DNA from: Coniocarpon cinnabarinum
Lineage: Eukaryota
Length of the DNA stretch: 57,963 nt
Assembly (NCBI GenBank): GCA_051942205.1
Contig: JAVECO010000060.1
Span: forward strand, 62,001 to 119,963
Direction: 5' to 3'
In this document: positions 49,816-57,963 of the stretch, piece after piece
Position numbering within the stretch: position 1 is the stretch's first letter
Layout of the letters: every line of letters begins with the position of its first letter
The notes under the pieces: generated by a model
What the model was told of the DNA's origin: nothing
Seen by the model: only the letters and a program-made list of their open reading frames with translations
Database searches by the model: none
Translations under genes and position numbers: made by a program

Positions 49816-51344
49816 ATGTCTGGTCTTGGTGATATCATCAAGAACTTACCTGAAGGCGTGCTGGAGCAGATTCCTGCTGGCACTCCCCCACCTGGGCAAC
49901 ATACAGACTTCGACACCCGTCTGCCTCATTTCTTGAATCGCCTTGCTAATGTCCTTCCTGCCATGTTCTGTGCACTGGCCATTGTATTCTTTGTCAATAG
50001 ACTATTTGTGAAGCTTTGGTTGGTGAGGAAAATCTCTTGGGACGACGGTATGATCCTCTCGAATCAAATCTCTTGCATTCATCATTGACTGGCACTCCAG
50101 CGCCCTGTGTCATGGGCATGGTAGGGACTCTTGAATAACAAGCAGAGACTTCTGGTGTACATCAGACTCATGCATGGTACAGATAAGCTCCGTCCTTGCT
50201 TGGGGCTTGTTCATAGCGTGTAAGTACTTCACCGTCACTCACTGCCAATGCTAACCGATCAGTCTTGAGAGAAGGTACCCTTGGGCAACACATGTGGAAT
50301 GTCTCTGTTGCGCAAGCAATTAGTCGCGAGCACGGATATGTAAGACTCGTCAATACTGTTTTAAAAAGCCTTCTTCAATAACACAGAATAGTTAGACTAC
50401 ACGCAGGAGCTTCTCGAGCCAATATCGTCACTGTTCATCAAACTCACGCTTTTAATCCAATTTTATCAGATCTTCTGGCCATTTAGATGGCTGAGATTTT
50501 GCGTCTATATTGGGGCGCCTCTGATCTGCGTCTACTATACGGCCATTGCAATTGCTATGACAGTGCTTGCAGTACCATCACCGGGACAAACCTGGGCAGA
50601 ACATGCTGTGACACAGAACAGCTTGGTGCCACTGAAGCTGGCTCTGACTAACGGCCCAGTAGGGGTTGCTACCGACATATTCCTATTTGTTTTGCCAATG
50701 AGAGCTGTGTACCAGCTACAGCTTGCTTGAAGGAAAACGCTCGGTGTTATACTTGTCTTTGCCACAGGAACGCTGTAGGTTCGGTTTAGACCCACAGTTG
50801 GAGGCATCTTCAGCTAAATGCATTGCAGTGCTATTGTTTGCTCAGTACTGACGCTGTACTATCGTGTACGCCTTGCTAGGACAGATGACTATACATTCTA
50901 CGGATTACTTACTTTGATGACAACGTAAGTGGAGTGACCCAGAGAGCCCCGTTCAAAGCATTGGCTAACAACCCAAAAAGCGCCGTCGAGAGGTTCGTGG
51001 GGATCATCGTCGCCAACATGCCTGCAGCGGCCAAGACATTGAAACATATCTGGCCAAAAGTAAAGAGTCTGGGCGAACGTCTCGTTTCATCGCTTCGAAC
51101 ATCCACAGCAACAGAAAAGAACAGTGAAGACTACAGACCCCTATGTGAGATGACTCAGAAGCTGATTGCTGGAGCAGGTAGTGTGTTACGAAGTGGTACG
51201 TTCAAGAGGCTTCCAGATTCGAAGCGTCATCTACCAAGAGACAACTCGCAGGCAGCGAGCCATGATCCAAACCCAGCACATCTCGATACGCCGTTGCAGA
51301 TCCTGAAACCTCAAAGACTCATTCCACGGACTTGGGCGACATAG
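49816..51344 (+). pseudogene. Pth11-like (fungal rhodopsin-domain) integral membrane protein with an in-frame TGA
   Basis: Motifs PAGTPPPG, RLFVK...WDD, GQHMWNV, IKLTLL, DIFLFVLPM, VFATG, VE..VGIIVANMP across 6 exons. Stop at 50728..50730 inside LQLA*RKTLGVILVF. Confidence 0.72.
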
Positions 51345-51890
51345 TACCTTGCAAATACTAGTTTCTCGCGGCGCTCTGTCCATGGTATCAGCTCCAAGCT
51401 GTATAGGTGCAGTCATAAGACCTTTCAACAACGTTGAGAAAGTGTTTGATAAGCCCTGAAGCCACTGTTACTGGAGTGGCCGGCGCTCTCATGTGGAACA
51501 ACGCCACGCCATTATGCGAGAGGAGTATTTAGATCCAGTTCGCGATGACGACGACTTCGTCAGCAATGAAACTTCATCCGCTTCAGAAATGGAAGCTGGT
51601 GGCTCCGTGCCTTTCTACTATCGCACATAGTGGCGACGCGGGTTGACTTCTACATTCATGCCTGGTTTATGAGCATGGGAGCACGATTCGAGCTAGACTG
51701 CGTATTCCGCTGACTGGTCTCGAGGCTTACTGAAAACTGATTTATACAACCACGCTATCACAGGTGTCTGGATGTATGGGCAGAATCTGGACACACTGTT
51801 CTGCAGACGCTGATAACAAATACAGAACGAGCTTTTTCAAGTTTTGATTAAGTACTAGTCTACATACACTAATCACATGTCACTTACTCA

Positions 51891-53560
51891 TTACAGCTCA
51901 ACCTTCCTCTTATCAACCGGCGATCCAGCTGGTCGTAAGCGGTAAAACGCCGTCGAATGTCTCGGGACGTTGGCAGTCAAGGTCCCTCCAGGTTGCACGG
52001 TATCAATCTTGGCACCAAACAGTGCGGAAGAATTTGCTTGGATGCCATCCGCATAGCTTGTCTGCGTAGCATTGTACGTAGCCATGGTCGTGCTGTTCCC
52101 ACCGGACGTTCCATTAATAAGCATAGCTGCATCGTCATTGCTCATTCGGTTAGCCCACAGATCATAAACGTCCCAAGCTTCCTTGAGCTGAGGTGGAGTT
52201 GTCGCAGTGCCTGCGTGCGCATTGAGGTAGAACACATCGCTGAGCGACGCATTCATATTGAGCGAGCCATTGGCATTGTTTATCATGGCGAGGGCGTAGT
52301 CTCCGTTATCAAGCCCTCGCACCCAAAGCTGGTAGTCGCAATTGCCGTACTGGTCGATCATGTCGCAATTATACTTCCAGACGCGGCTGCCTGCGGAAGC
52401 TGAAGGATCTTGGTTGATGGCGATGACGGCGGGATTCGCGTAGATGGCGAGATTTTGAGGACTGATTTGCGTGATGTCCGTTCCCATGATGAGGGGACTC
52501 GCGAGCATTGCCCACATCGAGAAGTGTGTCACGTATTCATTGTCATCCTGGCCACCGTTGCCAATCTCCAGCATGTCCATGTCGTTGAAATACCCGGACT
52601 GAGTGCGGGAGGTGATCGGCGACATCTTTTCGATGATGTTCATGACCGAGCAGTGAAAGCCGGGCCAGCTGCATGGGTTCGTCGTGCAAGGGCAGTTGGC
52701 ATCCGGTCGGTTGAAGGAGTCATAAATGTCTCCTGACATGCGGTCTGCGTTTGCGATCGTGTATGCCCAGTCCCAAGGCTGATCTTGGCCCCAACTGCAC
52801 ATGCTGTAGACGATTGGACGACCTGTGTTGTTCAAAGCTTGAGACATGACTTGGTAGCGGTTGAATGAGATCTGGGCTGTGCCAGATTGGCCCTGTGCCA
52901 CGTGTTAGTCTCCATTCGTGTCAGTTCTGCAGCAAAGGTTGAGGCTCACCTGGTTGTAGCAGTTGTCGTATTTGAGGTAGTCAACGCCATCTGCTGGAGT
53001 GAGTAACCAACGCTTGAAGCACGATTCGTGGCGACTCACTCGAAGCGAAGAAGTCCGCATCCTTCTGCTCGTACCCGAGCGATGCTGGGTACTTTCCGCA
53101 AGTGTAAATACCTGCTGACGAATACATACCGAGCTTCATGCCCATCGAATGCAGTTGGTCCGCAACGTAGCCCATGCCGTGCGGAAAGGTCTGCGTGTTC
53201 GCCACAAGATAACCGCTAGAGTTACGTCCTTCGCTCCAGCAGTCATCAATGACCACATAATTGTACCCAAGGTCTCGCAGGCCGTAGTCGACCATCGTCT
53301 GGGCCGTGTTCAACACAAGTGACTCGTTGATTGAGCATCCGAATGCGTTCCAGTTATCCCTGATTTCTCAGTCGGCACACCTCATTCGACGAATAAGGTC
53401 GAGTCACAAATACGCGAACTCACCAGCCCATCTGCGGCACAAGGTTGAGGCCATTATACGATGAAGCGCCCGGAATAACCACCTCGCCGTCGTCGGTAAG
53501 GTAGCCTGCGGCGGAGCTCGCCCAAAAGGCAGCGACCTGAGAAAGCAGCCGGAGCGACAT
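51891..53560 (-). CDS. Secreted alpha-galactosidase, glycoside hydrolase family 27
   Basis: Signal peptide; NGLNLVPQMGW|DNWNAFGC, YVVIDDCW, DYLKYDNC, RMSGDI, NDMDMLEIGNG, VIAINQD; three introns with clear splice sites. Confidence 0.93.
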
Positions 53561-54432
53561 GTTGCGAATGGAACTGCGTGAATGAACCGCCAAAGGTCCT
53601 ATCTACGAGCGGAGAGACGAGCAATCTTATACTTTTTCATCTTACTTTGGCCAGCCAGCCTATGACATACTGTTGCGGGGAACCATGGAGAGCGCGAAGC
53701 TCTCAATGGAAGGACTTCAAGCCACGCAAATCTACGATGCTTCTGACTGCCGGATGCCGGAGCGAAGGCGGCCTGGTCCCTGAGCATAAATCGTGGAGGA
53801 CTACTCCACCACAAATATGCCATGCTTGGGGATCTATACACAACCTGGAATGGGATCTGACAGCCCATAAGCTTGCCTAACATTGGGATCTGAGCAGGTA
53901 CGTCATTAGGATCGGCGGCGGGCTAGATGCAGCCGAATTGAATAGTAGTACAAGACGCGCTTGTCACCTTCAAGGCCTCACTGACGGGTAATGTGGTTGG
54001 TCAAGGCCATTTACATCTAAGGAAATCAGAAGTGCAAAGCACGTGGCACAACATGTCGTTTCAGATAGATCCATTACCGTTGTTTGCGTCCGTTTGCGGG
54101 AATAGGCGATTACGACTTGCAAAGCAAAGCAGCTTAGTCATCACCTCTCTTTTCCTCTTTTGGTTCACCCCAGATCTCACCCATCGCTTGGCACTACATC
54201 ATCATTTTCAGATGCAAAAACGCAACTGCGAAGGCAGTCCAGCCTAGCCCAACCCACTTGAGCGCCAAAGCAGCTCGCAATGGCCGCGCGAGCGGTCTTT
54301 GCTCCTGGGCGCGAACGTCTAGTTCTTTCATCCTCTTCTTTTACGCGTAGATCCCTGCTCCTGCCCCTCGTAAACACGTCCATCCATCTCGTAGCCTGTC
54401 TGTGATCCCTCTGAATCTGATCCCAGTCCGTG

Positions 54433-55697
54433 ATGTCCGTCGAATCCGCGAGCCAGCTCACTCAGCTCAAAGACTTCCTAGGTGCAAGTGTTCCCGTATT
54501 TACTTATCCGTACCGCTCAAGCGTCTCTAACATTCCCAGAGCATCGCATCCTTCAAAGGCGACCTCTCCAACGTCACCGCCCCGCCGTTCATCCTCGCGC
54601 AGAAATCCGCAACCGAGTTCCCAGCAGCATGGTGCTCGCACCAGCCGCTCTTCCTCGCGCAGGGCGCCTCGTCCGACGCCGCTGAGCGCGCCCTCGCGGT
54701 CCTCAAGAACTTCCTGGCTTCCCTCAAGACGCAGACGTACACGGGGAGTACGGAGAAAGATGGGGCGAAGAAACCGCTGAATGCCTTTCTGGGGGAGTTG
54801 TTTATTGCGGAGTTTGAAGGCCCGGAGCCGAGAACGCGTTTGATCAGTGAGCAAGTGAGCCATCATCCGCCGGTCACGGCGTGTTATCTTTACAACAAAG
54901 AGAAGGGGATAAGTGCCGAGGGCTACGTTGCGCAGGAGACATCTTATAGTGCCACGAGTGGCGTGACGGTCAAGCAAGTCGGGCATGCACTCATCCGGAT
55001 CGAAAGCTACGGAGAGGAACATCTCATGACCTTGCCCACCCTGAGCGTCAAGGGCGTGGTAACGGGAAACCCCTATCCCGAACTCAGCGGGACCTGTCAC
55101 ATCACCTCGACCTCAGGCTACTGCTCCAAGATCGACTTCGAAGGCAAGAAAATGATGGGCCTCAAAGGCTCCAAGAACAGCGTCCACGCCGAAGTATACC
55201 ACATCGATTCCCCAAGCAAGCCGCTCTACGAAGTAAACGGCACCTGGAACAGCACCTTCAGCATACGGGACTGCAACTCCAAAAAAGACCTCGAAACAAT
55301 CGACGTCGAAGCCCTCGAAATGACGCCCTTACTCGTCCCACCCGAGACGGAGCAAGATCCCTGGGAAACGCGGCGCGCCTGGGCTCAAGTCCTGCAAGCG
55401 ATCCAAGCAGGCGACGTGAAAGGCGTAGCGGACAACAAGCACGAGATCGAAGAGGCGCAGCGGGGGCTGCGGCGGGAAGAGGAACAAGCCGGGACAGAAT
55501 GGGAGCGGGTGTTTTACCGGCGAGTGGAGCCCGAAGAGGGGCGGATGCGGTTGCTGCGGATGGCGGGGGAGGACCTGAATGCGGAGAGGACGAATGGCGT
55601 GTGGCAGTTTGTCGGGGTGCAGGAGGCGGAGGGGGCGACGCCGCCGTATCACGCAGGGTTGGTGCCGACGGGGCGTGTGGAGGGTAGGGACTCGTGA
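54433..55697 (+). CDS. Oxysterol-binding protein, Kes1/Osh4-like
   Basis: SIASFKGDLSNVTAPPFIL, KKPLNAFLGELF, signature EQVSHHPP, KHEIEEAQR. GC-AG intron 54484..54539. Confidence 0.92.
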
Positions 55698-57208
55698 GGA
55701 TGGGTTGGGAGAAGTGGTTGCTTGTGGTTGAGGGTAGACGAGGGATGCATTCGTTGTTGCAGAGTGACGCCGGGTTCGGCGCCGAGATGCACACGGAAAT
55801 GCAATGTCAGCGTCTTTACATATTTACCACATCCGCTCCCTTTCCAGTCCCTGCGTCCAGCGCACCTCTTCGACCGTACCTCGGTATCCAAGCAACACCA
55901 CTCACCCAAAGAAGGGTCCAACGGACTTTATCCACCACCCCTCATACCCACTGCCAGACCATCAGAGATGCCCCTTCTCGAAACGTCGTCCTCTTCGAAC
56001 TCAATTCACCCTACCTGCCCATCACTCAATCCACAAAGCCAAGCCGGCACACTTGCCTCTTGTCTCTTCCACTGCACACAGCACCTGCATGCAAAAGAAC
56101 GCGCTTGCGCTCACCTACATAATACGCAGCTTACCTACCTAATCCCACTCATCACAAAACCAGACTTACCGAAGCTGACGGCAGGCGCAGCTGATGCATG
56201 GCACATACAGCACAATGGGATACAATGAACGCGTGCGTCTGCGTGCTTCGGTTGTGAAATGTGATTCGTAGTAAACGGGAGCTACCCCACATTGCGGTTC
56301 CCTGGGGTACCAGGTTAGTGAGACAGGGTCAAAGGTGGAAATGCGCTTGACGTGGCGAATGTGCAAGTGAAGGCCTTTTCACAGGTGATTGTGATGGGCA
56401 TGGATGGCGATCGAAGCAGTGCTTGACAGTGAAAGGGGGTTGTAAATGAGGGTTGCGAAAATGCAGTGACTTGCAACGGAAGTCGTTATGATGAACAAAA
56501 GTAAAGTGCACGTATCCAAGACGACGAATGCCCTCTTGCATTTCGGCATATCGAGCTGGTGAACGGCGGGCAGATTGAAAAGGGCAACTGGGGGTGTCTG
56601 TGCAGGTGCGACGAAGGGAGCCCCGTTTCTGCAAGGTGGGCATGTCGGACAGATGAGAGCGCGAGTGACGGCCGACGGGATTCGTGGATTTTCATTTTGC
56701 GCATCAGAGTCCGAAAGGTGCATGGAAAGGCAGATGAAAGGGAGGAACATGCGGTACTTTTGAGTACGAGAAGAGGCGAGTGAGCGTGCTGGCGCCTGCA
56801 TGGCCTTGAACGAGGGCAAGCGAGGATAGGCCAAGAATGAAAGGAGTTGCACTTCCGCACGGCGGCGCTCATGAAACTGAAAAGGGCAGCCATGATAGCA
56901 GAGCATGGTGGATTTGCATTTCCTATCCACGTCTCAACGTTGGTCTGATTGGTCTTGATGTTCGTATCGATGCAGTACGTCGGCCGTAGTATCATTATCA
57001 TGGTAAGCGTAAGCGTGCTTGCAGACGACGCACGGTGCGCATCGCCAGGACAGGCATTGCCAGCAAACCCGCCATCCATCGGTTTTTTGAAACGGCCGTA
57101 ACGTCGTGGTGATGCGTCGCAAAGTGGCTGGCAACGACGACAAAGAAGGCGTCGCCTACCATGACGCGACGCGTCCGTTCTGTTCATTCTTCCCCCCTTC
57201 CACACGAG

Positions 57209-57775
57209 TCAGCTCCCTTTCTTACCAGTCGACGCGTTGGCAGCATTCTTTGACCCCACGTCGAGGTAGTCATCACTCTCCTCGAGCTCCAGAGGGGTGA
57301 CGGCGCCCGGACTGGAGAGCGGTCGCAAGTTGGGACTTCCCGGCCCACTGCCGCGAGAGGAGCTGGGTCGATTGAGATTATATAGCTCAGAGTGATACGC
57401 ATAGAGTTGACGTTGCGCGTCAGTGAGCTGGTTGGGCGTCTGGCGGGAAGTTCGAGGTGTGAGTTGCGGCGACGGGTCAGGAAATACCATGGCTGGTGAG
57501 GTCGATGCAGAAGACGGTCGTGATGCAGGTGATGTGGTTTGTGGGGAGACATAGTTGGCCGGATGAAAGCGTGGCAGGTTAGACATGACAGGGTGCGGCT
57601 GACGCTGTGGTCGAGACGAAGCTGCATGGCGTTTCGAAGGAGACGCTGTAACAGACATGACGGGCCGTGAAGAATGTTGCCTTTCTTGGGGATTGCCGGA
57701 GCGAGCGTGACGAAGTGGCGAGCGGATATAGGGAGGCTGCGGTGAATTTTGGTGGCCGTAGCCGGTATATGACAT
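57209..57775 (-). CDS. Hypothetical S/P-rich protein, 188 aa
   Basis: ATG-started single ORF with short motif-like islands (LPRFHPANY; PGSPNLRPLSSPGAVTPLELEE) of a type I recall from conserved ascomycete hypothetical proteins. Confidence 0.65.
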   Translation of the reverse strand: MSYTGYGHQNSPQPPYIRSPLRHARSGNPQERQHSSRPVMSVTASPSKRHAASSRPQRQPHPVMSNLPRFHPANYVSPQTTSPASRPSSASTSPAMVFPDPSPQLTPRTSRQTPNQLTDAQRQLYAYHSELYNLNRPSSSRGSGPGSPNLRPLSSPGAVTPLELEESDDYLDVGSKNAANASTGKKGS

Positions 57776-57963
57776 TTTGGATGGGTGGCGTTGACCAGCA
57801 GCACTAGCAGGGAGGAATGAGACGAGCTTTGTACGAGGTTTACAAAGCCTGTCGTGGAGGGGAGCGAAATAAGTCGGATCGACGAATCGGCTAGGCGCAG
57901 GGAGAGGAGGAGAAGCTGTCGAGCATGGCCGTCGTCAGGTATTAACGCAAACGCTGGCAGAGC

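Noticed and set aside
53826..53895. Three GGGATCT copies upstream of the alpha-galactosidase
   Set aside because: Too short and few to separate from chance without a comparative test.
51891..55697. Alpha-galactosidase and Kes1-like gene as members of the PKS cluster
   Set aside because: Both have ordinary primary roles and no evidence links them; treated as the right flank.
55694..57205. ORFs of 104-239 aa on both strands
   Set aside because: Cys/Arg/His-rich random-looking composition, mutually overlapping, no motifs; likely convergent 3' UTRs.
1..57963. tRNA, rRNA or snoRNA genes, including in RPL5 introns
   Set aside because: No cloverleaf or convincing C/D or H/ACA boxes seen by eye; a covariance-model scan would be needed to exclude them.

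Overview
Intron-containing, gene-dense genomic DNA of a filamentous ascomycete (Pezizomycotina); the species cannot be fixed from sequence alone. About 22 protein genes could be modelled by hand. The left half is mostly housekeeping: a 5'-truncated sterol-glucosyltransferase-like GT1 with UIM tail, indoleamine 2,3-dioxygenase, a Pom1-like DYRK kinase, a Pex28/29-like peroxin, a probable HEIP1/REDIC1-like meiotic protein, NFS1, an Mhp1-like LRR protein and RPL5. It is interrupted by a 22-bp minisatellite beside a TA-rich relic and by three tandem Cys-poor, Thr-rich small secreted proteins. From 28.5 to 51.3 kb lies a candidate secondary-metabolite locus: an FSH1/LovG-type serine hydrolase divergent from an intact highly reducing PKS without methyltransferase (KS-AT-DH-ER-KR-ACP), then a membrane-anchored sulfotransferase-fold protein, a Maf pyrophosphatase, two P450s with non-canonical I-helices and a Pth11-like membrane protein. 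The last two genes each carry a lesion (a frameshift and an in-frame TGA). The window ends with a GH27 alpha-galactosidase, a Kes1/Osh4-like sterol-binding protein and a small S/P-rich protein. All exon models and family calls come from motif reading and recalled family knowledge; no searches were run.
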